From positions 104,160,001-104,224,000 of the forward strand of contig CM059434.1 in NCBI GenBank assembly GCA_030390025.1: 64,000 nucleotides of DNA, written 5' to 3'. The translations under genes were made by a program, and so were the position numbers. Every line of letters begins with the position of its first letter. The first letter of the stretch is position 1. The DNA comes from Squalus acanthias. Taxonomy: Eukaryota. The notes beneath the pieces are model-generated. The model worked only from the letters and a program-made list of their open reading frames with translations. It searched no databases and was not told the DNA's origin. This document shows positions 36,030 through 49,444 of the stretch, piece by piece.

Positions 36030-37729
36030 CTGTTTCTCTCACTACAGATGCTGCCTGACCTGCTGAGTATTTCCAGCATTTTCTGTTTTTATTTATGATT
36101 TCATTGATGTGTCTTTCTGCTTTGTCAGCTGCAGTGATGATATTCGGAAGTTAATATAGACTGAAATCAGTACTGAAACTTAAATGTTTTGAATTCTACA
36201 AAACACTTCAGGTTTCCTAGATGTATGTGAGATATTTGGACTGTTAGTGAACTTTATGATATACACATACAACACCAACAACAACAGCTACAACTTGCAT
36301 TATATAGCGCCTTTAATGTAATACACATTCAGGGGCAGAGCTTAGTAACCAGTCTTTTAGACATGATAAAAAATGTGGCAACAGTTTATAAATTGCATAA
36401 TGTTAGTTTCGAAGAATTTCTAAGCTCTCGTCTGAAAAATACTGTCGATCCTTTACTGACGCTCAACTAGGATTTTGAATGCCAAAAAGTATGATTTATT
36501 TTTAAACTCGTCCTATATCTGGAATGAGGAAACAGCTGTTCCTGACAAAGTAACTGTGCTGTTGCGTGTGAAATTCTGCCATCCTCACCTGTTTAGCTGT
36601 TACTGGAACATCTCATTTTTCTTCACGCAGATACTCGACCCCTCATCCCTCCTGAAATATAAAGTTACATTAGTTTCTACTTGACTTTGTTGGCTTTTGT
36701 AGCCATGTTTTAAAATAACTTAAAGGACAAGTCATTGCAAGACAGGAAACTTGGTAAACTAGTTCATGGCAGTCATTGGATCTGGTTTAATTATCACAAT
36801 AATAATCATTATCAAAGATTGAATACTACTTTTTTTTAGAACCCTAGGGGCACTAATGCTTCTGGCAGCATGCATTTCCCAATGATGCTGGAGGCATACG
36901 CCAAGCACAGCAAATGCAAGCACTATTGCCAGATATAGCACACTGCTGCCACCATTTTCTTCTGGCTGTAGACCAAGAATGCAGTTCTTGCAACGTTGAC
37001 CTGGATGAGCCTTCTGGAACGCATCCCCTCCCCTGCCCCCTCCCTTTCCTCTCCTCCCCCCCCGAGACATCAAGGAGGGACAGCAGCTGCAAAATTAAAG
37101 TCACGATTGCAACTTTAAAATTTTGTATTGTCACTGGTACTCTGGAATCTGTCATACATTGTCAATAGGGCACATTTCAGTGTACAGGCAAACAAGTCAA
37201 AAAGGATGACTTCAATTGGAAACAGTTCTGCACAATATAAAGATGATATTTCATGTCTATTTTTAAAAATTCAAACCACTCCTTTAAAAATCTGTACTAA
37301 TGTTAGTTTGCAGTGAGGCATAGCTGCCTGTTAACCGATTTAACCTGGTGACTACATAATCATTGTTTTTTGCCAATGTAATACTATGTCATTTTGTGTA
37401 GATAAGGACAAAATGCCATAATTGTTATTGTAAGATTTCAAGCACATGGGAGCAAGAATTCCTCTGAGTTCTACATTTAGCAACATTGTAAACGCATTTG
37501 TGAAGATTCCCTTGTTTGCTTTTTCTAACGAAATTGTAAACAAGATTTAAAATATATGTTCAAAATTCTGCTCAACATTTCAAACCAAGGAATCTTCATG
37601 AATGCATTTATGATGTTGCCACACATACTGACCAGAGGAATTCATACTCTATCATATCATCACTTTTTGCAGTGATAATATTATGGAAACTAATATAAGT
37701 TTGATAACTTTATTGGTTGATATTATGCA

Positions 37730-38137
37730 GTCCTTTAATTTAATTAAACATTTAAAACAAAAATTTAATTTTTTTTAAAATGAATTTAAATGTTTTAAAG
37801 GGACTAAAAATAACCTTAGCTTATCTTACAGGTGTTTTAATGTTTAAATAATGGAAAAATGTATTTTTATATTCATTTAAACTCTTACGCTGGTAAAAGC
37901 AGGCCTTACTTCTGCTTTTACCAGGCGTAAGAATTTCACAGGCATTCGCTGGACAGTAGTTGGGCAAATAGCTCAACTCTCCGCCCACAGATGGCCATTT
38001 CCCGGGGATGGCTACGATCTGTCAAGAAGATCCTTGACAGATCGCAAGTTCCGGGTTTTCGCGCACCCGGAACTTGCGGGGCCCTTACGGCGCATGCACA
38101 CCACGTACGCACCCGTAGGCACCGGAAAATACACGCC
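37730..38137. mobile_element. Partial Harbinger-type MITE (22075/26131 family)
   Basis: Shared hairpin cttacgc.tggtaaaagca...tgcttttaccag.cgtaag; TIR-like end ccggaaaatacacgcc. Confidence 0.75.
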
Positions 38138-38199
38138 ATTAAAATGTGGCACAAATTCATAAAGGTCAGCACTCAGCTGGTAAATACTTTATTGTGACC

Positions 38200-38515
38200 T
38201 CCAAAGTATCAGACAATGTTTGAATTACAGTAACAATACTGGACCAGCAACCCAGAATCAGATCGCAGGATTAAATTCAATAAATCTGGTCATTTGTGGG
38301 GTAGCGCCAGAAAATAATATGGAAGCTGCTGGATTGTCATTAAAAAACCCAACTGGTTCACTAATGTCCTTCAGGGAAGATACCTGCCGTCCTTACCTGA
38401 TCTGGCCTACACGTGACTCTGTAGTTATTATGTAGTTGAATCTTAATACCTTATGGGCAACTAGAGATGAGCAATAAATACTGTCTTGCCAATGTTCCTG
38501 AGAACAAATAAAAAC
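38200..38515 (+). mobile_element. Degraded SINE-like retroposon, family not assigned
   Basis: aaacccaactggttcactaatgtccttcagggaag...gggcaactagagatgagcaataaat and an A-rich tail resemble a common shark interspersed repeat (recalled, not aligned). Confidence 0.5.
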
Positions 38516-40544
38516 AATACAAAATCTATCTATCTTGCATCTAACATGTACCCGTCATATTCCAGATGCCATACTTTGTTAGAAACGTAAAACAATGCTA
38601 AATTATGCATAACTAGCACATCCCGTGTGGCTCTTCTCACAGGTAGTCTCCAGTCTGGAACAAGATTGTAATGTTTAGCTGGTAACCTAACCAGTCCCTT
38701 TGTGGCTACAGTTCTAAGAAGGCAAATCCAAGTAACTGTTGCAGTCAATCATAAAAAAGTAATAATTGCTTGTAAATTTCAGGCTTCAAATGAATTACTG
38801 ACATTCTTTCTCTTTTTCAAAGATTATTTTGTACCTGTAATGACATGGTATGTGACATTTGGAGTACAATGGGCGTATCCTTTTTGCAAAACTTATATAT
38901 AATCAATGAATCTCCTGTGGCATTGTTCTTGCTAAGTCAGAGGATGTGCTGTTTTATAAGGACATTATACAATGTAACACAATAAAAAAATTGTTATTCC
39001 ACTGTTAAGCTGTAGGTGTGCATTTTAAAATGAACACCAGTCAATGACAGTTCAGTCTGGGATTTGCTTCCTTTTTTCAATCTAACTGATGACTAAACAA
39101 AAGTGTTGACTTAGCATTTTAATACATTATTGAGACAATATATATGGAGTTGGTGGGGCAGTTCAGTTCTGTTTTTATTCTGCTCTTTTTGGCAACAGCA
39201 GGTGTCATAGAGAACATTAATGCTCAGAAATATGCAGTTTATTATAAGAAATAGCTGCATATATCTATCCATATATATAAAAAATTCTGTTTGCATGCAC
39301 TTCCTGTCAACTTTTTCGATTATAAATTCCTACTTCCATATTTATAATGGAAACTACCTATGTAAACTTGTCCTGATATAACTGCTCTCCCTCCAGTGGA
39401 GATGCTCTACACTGTAATTACTCCCTCCTGCCAACAATGTCAAAAATGAACCCATAAAACAATGTGTGTACTAATATTATTTACAGTATATATTGTAAGC
39501 CATCTGTTTACTGTTAGTGTCTGAAAATACTCATTTATTTATCTTCCTAGAATCAATTGTAAATGCTTCTTTGTCTCTGGAGAGGATGCCTTCAAACTTT
39601 TTTTTCCCAACTCTGTCTCCCCCCACCCAAACCTCAGGTTGTCCTCCTACCCATGCTATTAGACCCTAAAACCCTAACCAGTGCTGCAAAACCTCAGGAC
39701 CCCACCGCAGTTCTACCTAATCTGAAGACAACCCCCCAGTGTGACCCAAGCTCAGAATAAGCTTCCTTCTCATTATTGTTAAAAGCCAGGTACCTACCTA
39801 GTGCATGTTGTCTATCATCTTGCTACACATCCTAGGTTCTAAAAAAGGTAAGGTTTAACTATAAATTGAACACATATAGGTGAAGAAGCATATAAATAAC
39901 AGAGCCACTGATTTTAGTTTTCACAGAAAAGCGGGTAGAACTGGGGAATTTGATTCCCAAAATGTCAATAGAAATTTTACAATACCATGTAATGAAATGC
40001 AATTTGACTTATTTGATAATAATAGATTGAGTGTTATATGGCAGAACATCCCTTGTGTAGGATTTCCGTAGTAGTTCCCCGATCTCCCACCGTAACTTCA
40101 GCAGAAACCCCAGAGAAACAGCCGTTTCTCCGGGATTGCCACCTGAGTTATGGCAGGAGATTGGAAGAACGTCCATGCAAATTTCAGCTGCCTGTCTTTA
40201 TAAAACAACAAACCCTCCATCTCATTATTAGCAATGTCAAGGTGGAATCCATATATGTGTATACACAGAATTATTTAACCTTCATAAAGTACACCTAATT
40301 ATAACAGTAAAAGACCCAGTTCTTCAGATAATATGCACTATTCATAGCATTGGTATCTGATCATCTTGACCCTGAGATGAATAACAGCCTTCTACTTTGT
40401 GAACTACTGCCAGAATAATATTATGCCTATATTTAGTTCTTTCTTTTATTTCAGATTGTTTACTTGTCATGAAAGGTAAGTTTTATTTATTTAACAAAGT
40501 TAATTGCTAGGAATGGAAATAGTTAGCAAATTGTGGATCATTAA

Positions 40545-43160
40545 TAGTCTTCCTGGCCGGCCTCCCATCTTCCATCCTTCAGAAACTTAAGGTCATCCGA
40601 AACTCGGCTGCCCGTATTCTAACTTGCACCAAGTCCCGGTCACCCATCATCCCTGTGCTCGCTAACCCACATTGGCTCCTGGTTAAGGAATGTCTTGATT
40701 TAAAAATTCTGATCCTTGTTTTCCAATCCCTCCATGGCCTCTCCCCTCCCTATCTCTGTAACCTCCTCCACGCCTACAACCCTCTGAGATATCTGTGCTC
40801 CTCCAATACTGGCCTCTTGCACATCCCAGATTTTAATCACTCCACCAATGATGGCCGTGTCCACAGTAAACTGGGCAAATCTGTTAACGGGTAAAACGAC
40901 AGAAGATCAGTGGGAGGTATTCAAAAAAGAATTTAATGTGATACAGAACCAGTTTATACCCCTAAGGGGGCAAGAGCTCTACTTGCTAAAAAAAAACTAC
41001 CCATGGATGACTAAAGAGCTAAGAGACAACATAAAACTAAAAGAAAAAGCATATAAAAATGCAAAAAATAGCACAGATCCTGGTGAATGGGAAAGATACA
41101 AAAAGCAGCAAAGGGTGACAAAAAGGGAGTATGAAAAGGGATATCAAAATCAACACAAAATTTTTACAATTATATTAGGAAAAAGAGCGGTAGTCAGGAG
41201 CAATGTTGGCCCCTTGAAAACTGATAAGAGTGATATTGTCAATGATAATAAGAAAATGGCAGACATGTTGAATAATTACTTTGCATCAGTATTTACAGTA
41301 GAAGAGAGGATAGCATGCCGAAAATCCCAAGGAAACTAATATTGAATCAGGGACAGGGACTCAATAAAATTAACGTAAGTAAATTAACAGTAATGAAGAA
41401 AATAATGGCACTAAAGAGTGACAAATCCCCTGGACCAGATGGTTTCCATTCCAGGGTTTTAAAGGAAGTAGGTGAGCACATTGCAGATGCCTAACTATAA
41501 TCTTCCAAAGTTCTCTCAATTCAGGAACCATTCCTTTAGATTGGAAAATTGCGTATGTCACTCTCTATTTAAGAATGGTGAGAGAGGGAAACCAGGGAAT
41601 TATAGACCAGTTAGCCTAACATCTGTTGTCGAGAAATTGCTAGAGTCTATAATTAAGGATAGGGTGACTGAACACCTTGAAAATTTTCAGCTGATCAGAG
41701 AGAGACAGTATGGATTTGTAAAGGGTAGGTCATGTCTGACGAACTTGACTGAATTTTTTGAAGAGGTGACTAAAGTTGTGGACAGGGGAATGTCTATGGA
41801 TGTTATTTATATGGACTTCCAGAAGACATTTATAAAGTCTCTCATAAGAGACTGTTCACTAAGGTTGAAGTCCATGGAATTGAAGGCAGATTATTGACCT
41901 GGTTAGGAAATTGGCTGAGCGGCAGGAGACAGAGAGTAGGGATAATGGGCAGGTACTCTAATTGGCAGGATGTGATTAGTGGTGTCCCGCAGGGATCTGT
42001 GTTGGGGCCTCAACTATTCACAGTATTTATTAACAACTTAGATGATGCGATAGAAAGCCACATATCCAAATTTGCCGATGACACAAAGATAGGTGGCATT
42101 GTACGCAGCGTAGATGAAAGTATAAAATTACAAAGAGATATTGATAGATAAAGTGAATGGGCAAAACAGTGGCAAATGGATTTCAATGTAGGCAAATCTG
42201 AGGTCATCCACTTTGAGCCTAAAAGGATAGAACAGGGTACTTTCTAAAAGAGTGGAGCTCCAAAGAGACTTGGGGTTTCAGATACATAGATCATTAAAAT
42301 GTCATGAACAGGTACAGAAAATAATCAAAAAGGCTAATGGAATGCTGGCCTATATATCTAGAGGACTAGAATACAAGGGGGTAGAAGTTATGCTACAGCT
42401 ATACAAAACCCTGGTTAGACCACACCTGGAGTACTGTGAGCAGTTCTGGGCACCACACCTTAGGAAGGATATATTGGCCTTGGAGGGAGTGCACCATACG
42501 TTTACCAGAATGTTACACGGACTTCAGGGGTTAAATTACAAGGAGAGATTATACAAACTAGGGTTGTATTCCCTGGAATTATACGATTAAGGGGTGATTT
42601 GATTAATGTTTTCAAGATATTAAGGGGAACAGATAGGGTAGATAGAGAGAAACTATTTCCGCTGAGCCAGACCTTTCAGGAGTGAAATTAGAACACTCAC
42701 ACACAAAAGGTGGTAGAAATTTGGAACTCTCTTCTGCAAATGGCAATTGATGCTAGATTAATTGTTAATTTTAAATCTGAAGTTGATAGATTTTTGTTAA
42801 CCAAAGGTGTTAAAGGATATGGGCAAAGGCGGGTATATGGAGTTAGGTCGCAGATCAGCCATGATCTCATTGAATGGCGGAACAGGCTTGAGGGGCTGAA
42901 TGGCCCACTCCTGTTCCTATGTTCCTATGTGCCTTCAGCTGCTGAGTCCTGAAGCTCTGGAATTCCCTCCCTAAACCTCTCCGCCTCCCTACCTCTCTTT
43001 CCTCCTTTAAGATGCTCCTTAAAAACTACCTCTATGACCTCATCTGCCCTAATATCTCCTTATATGGCTCGGTGTCAAATTTTGTTTGATAACGCTCCTG
43101 TGAAATGCCTTGGGATGTTTTACTACGTTAAAGGCGCTATATAGATACAAGTTGTTGTTG
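40545..43160 (+). mobile_element. L2 LINE 3' part (40545-40860 and 42930-43160), split by a CR1
   Basis: LAGLPSSILQKLKVIRNSAARIL..K.RSPIIPVLANPHWL; the halves rejoin at ggccgtg|ccttcagctg; tail ggcgctatatagatacaagttgttgttg. Confidence 0.88.
40862..42930 (+). mobile_element. CR1 LINE, 5'-truncated ~2.1 kb, RT pseudogene
   Basis: GNYRPVSLTSVV.KLLESII, QYGFVKGRSCLTNL.EFFE, DVIYMDFQK, SGVPQGSVLGP.LF, KFADDTK, LYKTLVRPHLEYC.QFW; several frameshifts; (ttcctatg)n tail. Confidence 0.96.
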
Positions 43161-44807
43161 TTCCTTCTTTTTATAGTTGATTGTCATTTTACCTTCAGAT
43201 GTTCACTCCCTCTCGCTTCACTACAACCATTTAATGCTACATTTAGTGGGCAGGCTGCAGTCTTCCTTATAACCCTCTTAACTCCCCTCAACTAGTACTG
43301 CTGCACAACAATCGATAAAGGCAGATGTGAGGGAGCTGCACTTCTATTGAGGTATCATACTTGCATTATAGACCAGTACAGCACATTCCACCTTGTAACC
43401 TGCTATAATTTATTTGTAATACTTTTTTTGAAGTTCCTATACAACACAATTCACTTTTTTATTGGATGCAATTGCCTTCTAATTGGCCAATAATCTCCAT
43501 AGAGTCATAGCAGAAATGTTACTACTTTTAATCCCAGGGAGTGATGGGAGGTCAGGGGGAGAAAGGTGGAGATAAAATCTAACTTTAAAAAGTTATTTTA
43601 GAAGTTCATAACCTAATAAGTTCATATTATGTAATAATAAATGAGAAAGGGTGTATAGGCTTTAATATTATGAATTTGTAACTGATTTGATCTATAATTA
43701 TGGGAAGAATTCAAATCCAGCGCAGAGTAAATTTCTCCCCATCCCACAACAGTTTGATTCTATCTCTTGAAATTATAAACCCCGTTGGTTCGCAGACTAA
43801 ACCAAACATTCTATCATATGCCAAGTTGAAATTCATGGAAATTGTTGACAGCTGCTCCAGTTCCTCTCCAAATAGTTCAGTTACAGTATTAATGGTGACT
43901 AACACTGAAGTAGGAAACCTCTTTCAAATCCTAACTGCCCATGTGCAGCCAAGTGACAGAATGTGTGGGTGTAGTACATCATGGCCTGGGAGACCTGGAT
44001 TTGAAACCTGCCCTCTGTTAAAATTCACATTCTGGCTTCCTCAGACTGCAAGTTTTCGATTCTGGACAGCTCTTCGGATGCAAGACCAAAGGGCATTCGT
44101 GTGTCTAGCTTAAGGCACGCAGGGAAAATCATCATCATTTTAAAAAGCTATTATCCTTCATTATGTTGACTAGTTATTGTACTTTAGTACTGAAATTTCA
44201 AAATGTTATGATTCAGTAGCACCAGTAAGCTTATTCAATAACTCTCATGTTTAAATTGTGACTCACGTAGTAGTAAAACTAGGCAACAGACTTCAATCAC
44301 AGCATTTTTTGATGTTTCTGTTTACATGTTATGGTTCATAGAAATGGCAGGAATCATTTGAGGCTTCAGGTGCTGATAACACCATGTTTGTCATAGTTAG
44401 TCACTTACCCTTTGCTTCATGTATACACTTGACTTTGGAATGGCTACAAATTAATCAACCTTCATTAACAAGACCATTCTAGTCAAATTAATCATCTTAA
44501 TCCTTTACGTATAGAGCCCTGTGGTCTCCTTGCATTTCTGTAATGTGCTCTGATTTATCCCTTTTGTATTTGTTTTTAGAGAATGTTGATGCTGTTTTGT
44601 CTATGAAGGTAATCATGCTATAATTTACGTTATTTGTGGATTTTTTTGCCAACGTGAAATGATTATTAATAAAAACAAAAAAAATTTTCACATCAGGACC
44701 TTTTACATTTAACTTTTGAATTGCTGCCATCTTTTCTATTCCACAACAGGCTAACTTATAAGTAATTAAGCATTAAGGATCTCTGTAATAGTCATTACAG
44801 AGATGTT

Positions 44808-44953
44808 GGGCTAGAAATTCGTCTCGGGCAGTGGCGAAAAATGGGCGGTATTGGATTGGAGTCAATGCAACTCAATATCAGGCGCTGCCTATAACGGTCC
44901 CCCGCTCCGATACCGTCTGTTTTTCGCCACCGTCCAAGACGAATTTCTAGCCC
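44808..44953. mobile_element. 146-bp fold-back Harbinger MITE
   Basis: Perfect 17-bp TIR GGGCTAGAAATTCGTCT extending to ~50-bp imperfect arms; GTT TSD at 44805-44807 and 44954-44956. Confidence 0.93.
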
Positions 44954-44984
44954 GTTCTCTTCAGCTGTGACCGGGAGTTCCGAA

Positions 44985-45920
44985 GGTTGTGTTGCCTGCC
45001 CGGTGCCAGGGTTAAGGATATCTTGTCGCGGCTGGAGAAGAACTTGGAGTGGAGGGGGAGGATCCAGTGGTCGTGGTCCATGTAGGAACCAACGACATAG
45101 GTAGAACTAGGAATGAGGTTCTGCTGAGGGAGTTTGAGCAGCTAGGGTCCAAATTAATACGCAGAACCTCAAAGGTAATAATCTCTGGATTGTTACCTGA
45201 GCCACGTGCAAATTGGCATAGGGACAGACAGATCAGAGAGTTAAATGCATGGTTCAAAGAGTGGTGTTGGAGGAAGGGGTTTCGATTCATGGGGCACTGG
45301 CATCAGTACTGCGGAAAGAGGGAGCTGTTCCATTGGGATGGGCTCCATTTAAACTGGGCTGGGACCAGTGTCCTGGCAAATCGAATAACTAGAACGGTAG
45401 ATAGGACTTTAAACTAATGAAGAGGGGTGGGGTGGAAGGATTCAGAAAAGGGTAAATTCAAAAGCAGTAAGAGAAATGTCAAGGCTGTAGAGCAGAGTAG
45501 TGATCTGGGTAAAGATAAGCAGTGTGGGTCAGGAAGGGACAGAGAGATTAATAAAGGTAATAGAGCACCAGTGACTAAAGTGACATCAGGGAAAAATAGA
45601 AAAAAGTTAAAGCTAAAGGTACTATATCTGAATGCACGAAGCATTCGCAACAAAATAGATGAATTAATAGCGCAAATAGAAATAAATGGGTTTGATTTAA
45701 TAGCCGTTACAGAGACGTGGTTGCAGAGTGACCAAGTTTGGGAACTAAATATTCCAGGATATTTGACTTTTAGAAGAGACAGGCAGAATGGAAAAGGAGG
45801 GAGGGTGGCAGCCCTGATAATAAAGGAGGGGATAAAAACAGTAGAGAGAAAGGATCTTGGCTTGGAAAAACAAAATGTAGAATCAGTTTGTGTCTCCTGC
45901 TCCTATTTCTTATGTTCTTA
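44985..45920 (+). mobile_element. CR1 derivative: ORF1 esterase (SGNH/GDSL) plus start of ORF2 AP-endonuclease, joined directly to the 3' tail
   Basis: VVVHVGTNDIG...VIISGLLP...WDGLHLN (45049-45417); LKVLYLNARSIRNK.DEL...DLIAVTETWL...RRDR..GKGG.VA; then ctcctgctcctatttcttatgttctta. Confidence 0.9.
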
Positions 45921-46221
45921 TATACTAATTGATTGTCAAAAAAAATATTGTCTGCGAGCTAGTAGTTCCTGATGACGCACGACCTTTCAAAATTCCAATA
46001 AGGACTTTGATTAGTAGGTTTGTATCAATCATTTGTACTGTGACCTAATTGATGATCATTTCAACTGACGTACATTGTGATGGTTTTAACACAAATATTA
46101 AGGGTTAGTTTACAACTTTGCAATCTGCAGTTATTAACGTTGGATATGTTTACTCAATACGTTTCTACTTTTGGTTATTGTGCCAAAGTTGTGTCAGTGA
46201 CATGCTCACTATCTGATCCAA

Positions 46222-47082
46222 GGGGCTGGATTTTACTTACCGAGACGAGTTGGGGCGGGACTGCTGCCTTCTGGGTTCTAGTCCCGCCCCCAGCGACGTC
46301 CGATGCACAGACACTATTTTGCCCTGATTGGCCTTGTTAAGCCCACCCTGCAGGCTTGCTGGCCAATTAAGGGAAAGCCAGTGTCAGATGATGTCAGTTG
46401 ATGACGCTTCATCTGCCGGTTTTCTTAAAGGGACATGAACCATCTATTTTTGACAGATGATTTGACAGTGGTTGACAGCATTGAGGTGCTGTCAAACACT
46501 GACAATCACTGTACAACTGGTGAGCCCTTGCACCCAGGCTCTCCAATTACTCCTTAGGATAAAACAGATGGCAGCTGCAGGTGAGGGTACAGAAGTGATC
46601 TGTCACTTTTCCCAATGAGGTGAGGCCACACAAACACTTCAAAGCTTGTCCCCTACAGAAAAATCTAAACACATTAAAAATGACTTTCCCAACATTTCCT
46701 TACCTTTGATACTCACCACTGTCCCATTGGATCCTTCACACCACTTCTGCAGCTGTCATCTATACACCAACATAACAACAGACCCACAGCACGCCTCACT
46801 TACCCTGGCGGGGTTCCCTGATGTCGGGAAGCCCGCAGCAGAAGTCGCAAAATGGGAAAAAGCCTCTTAACTGCCTGTTAATGACCTGTTAACAGGCAGT
46901 TAAGTGGCTATAATCCTCTTCCCGCCACTAGGAGTCGGGACCCTGCGCAAATCGGGGACCCGACTCCCGGGAAGATTGGTTGGAGGCGGGTTGGGAGCGG
47001 GTTTGTGACCCGCTCCCATTCTTTTTGATTTTCCCAGCAGTCTCACCTCCAAACCCACCTCCTCAGGGCTGGTAAAATAGGA
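46222..47082. mobile_element. Harbinger deletion derivative / MITE
   Basis: Starts GGGGCTGGATTTTAC and ends ..GGTAAAATAGG; internal trace of the Myb exon (APRLSNYSL at ~46530). Confidence 0.65.
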
Positions 47083-47588
47083 TTTCTGGAAATGTTTTTA
47101 TAGGTCATTTACTAAATTTCTGGGAAAAGTGACCCAAATTTCACCTAAGTTATTTCAATCATTGAAACAATACTGGTAAGTATTAAGATGGCACACAACT
47201 TATTTGCTGTTACTAGTTCTGTCCCCATGGAAACTAATGGATTCGGATAAGCTATATGTCCTCTGTGTGAATGAATACCAGTGTGGATCATCTTAATCTT
47301 CCATGAATGCTGCCAAACAATTATCTTGTCTTGAGTCATGCATCTTCTGAACCTGGGCATGACTAGTTTCCAAATAGTAGTACAGGGCACAGGTGGGTTA
47401 GTCAAAGACAGTAAATTCTGCAACTTAAATGGTAAAACATTACAAAATTAGGCATGGAAACAGATCATTGAGGCAGAAATATTGTTGAAAAAGTTAGATA
47501 TAAGACTGCAAGATGGATTCAGATGGAGAAGCCCATTGACCCTTTTGATTTCAACTTTTCAGAATACAAAGCCTACCTCTTCTCTTAG

Positions 47589-48055
47589 TGTCAGCTGTGG
47601 CTCAGTGGGTAGCACCCTTACCTCTGAGTCAGAGGTTGGTGGGTTCAAGTCCCATTCCAGAGCACATAAATCTAGGTTGACACTTCAGTGCAGTGCTGAG
47701 GAAGTGCTGCACTGTTGGAGGTGCCGTCTTTTGGATGAGACGTTAAACTGAGGCCCCCGTCTGCACTCTCAGGTGGATGTAAAAGATTCCATGGCACTAT
47801 TTAGAAGAAGAGCAGGTGAGTTATCCGCGGTGTCCTGGCCAATACTTATCCCTCAATCAACATCACTAAAACAGATGATCTGGTCATTATCACATTGCTG
47901 TTTGTGGGAGCTTGCTGTGCGCAAATTGGCTGCCACGTTTCCTACATTACAACAGTGACTACACTTCAAAAGTACTTCATTGGCTGTAAAGCACTTTGGG
48001 ACATCCTGAGGTCATGAAAGGAGCTATATAACTGCAAGTCTTTCCTTTTTTCTTT
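47589..48055 (+). mobile_element. DeuSINE (SacSINE1-like), full length
   Basis: A/B boxes, Deu domain and tail. Confidence 0.92.
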
Positions 48056-49185
48056 ATGAGAGTGTATGGTGCGTGTCACATTCAGGATTTTTTGACTATT
48101 TTTTTTTCCAGAAATGATATGGAAAAGAGTTATGTTTAAATTAATTTTTTTTTAAATTATATTCTTAGAGGATCAATAAACAGAGCACTGAGATCAAAGT
48201 TGGTTAAAATTCTAATGAGCTAGGCATTGAAGTTGTTTCCTAAAGACTTTAAACAATAAACAATTTGTTAACCTGTCTCGCTAATTGATAAATACACCCA
48301 TTGTATTGAGAAAGCCCTGGTCCAGATGCTCAGCACAGGTTGTCTGACAACTTTCCCTTCTGGGTGTGAACACAGGGAAAATAAAATGGAGATAGAAACA
48401 CACACTGACAGTGAGATTATTAAACAGCAAGCTGCTAGGGCAGGCTTCTGCCCAGACTCAGAAGGGTAGAATGGAAGAGGGTAGATAGAAGTTATTTTAT
48501 TTCAGTCAAGAAAGGTGACTCACCTATGTAGGGAGGCATAGCATATTTATTACTTTGCATTATTACACAAAGACAAGTTGTTTGATTGAATTAAGTGAAT
48601 CTATTCTTTAAATATTGTTCTGTATATTCACTTGCTGGCTGAGAAAATAAAACAGCCAATCATTCATTCTGGCATCATCTCACCAAAAGTGTGAATCGTT
48701 CACCTACTGAAAGATTGGAGAAACATAATTGAGGGCATGTATGAAAGACACAATATCCAGTTTGTTTGTCAAAGGGGATTCATTGATATATCTCTTGAGT
48801 TACCTTATTGTATAAGTAGATATTGAGCAGTATGACTCAACTGCTGAATACCTGGGAAATGGGATGAGCTTACTGGAGCAACTGATGCTTTTGAAAGGAA
48901 GCGGGACAATGCCTGAGGAAAAGGGCATAAGTGTGGCAATCAAAATCTAAAGGTGGAGGCGAGGACATCAATGAGGTTAATCGCTAATGATAAAGGGATA
49001 AGCTATGAGGAATAATTAGATAAATTGAAATGATTCAGCCTCGAAAAGTTCAATGTCAAAGAGCAATTTATGGAAGTGTGCTAATACTTAATGGTCATGA
49101 TGTGGAGATGCCGGCGTTGGACTGGGGTGGACAAAAATGAGAAGTCGCACAACACCAGGTTATAGTCCAACAGATTTATTTAATT

Positions 49186-49224
49186 TTACAAGCTTTCGAA
49201 GCAGTTCGCTCCTTCGTCAGGTAA
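49186..49224 (-). ncRNA. Minimal type I hammerhead ribozyme, covariant version
   Basis: UUAC-CUGACGA-A-GGAGC[GAACU]GCUUC-GAAA-GC-UU-GUAA. Confidence 0.8.
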
Positions 49225-49444
49225 GTTAGCAATGAGAGAATCTCCCAGAATTCACAATTTAAACACAGACAAAATATATTCAAATCTTTCCCACATCAAA
49301 GAGCATAGCCAAGACAATGAGATGTGTCCCAGGGGGTCCAACGTGTCAAACCACCTGCTGGCTGCATATCCTGTCAATCTGTGTAGGTTCTTGTGTTAGC
49401 CTTTTTAAAAAAAAACACCTGGGAAGACCGGCCATGATGTCAAG

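Larger units (their letters stand above)
35245..36095 (+). mobile_element. Penelope-like element 3' part (family A): GIY-YIG C-terminus, 3'UTR and hammerhead
   Basis: With 35397-35630 removed it reads TKRRLADCFAEHLRSV...HFNS..HS...LSILGLLHCSNEAQRKLEEQHLLFRLGTLQPSGLNIEFNNFRP*. Confidence 0.9.
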
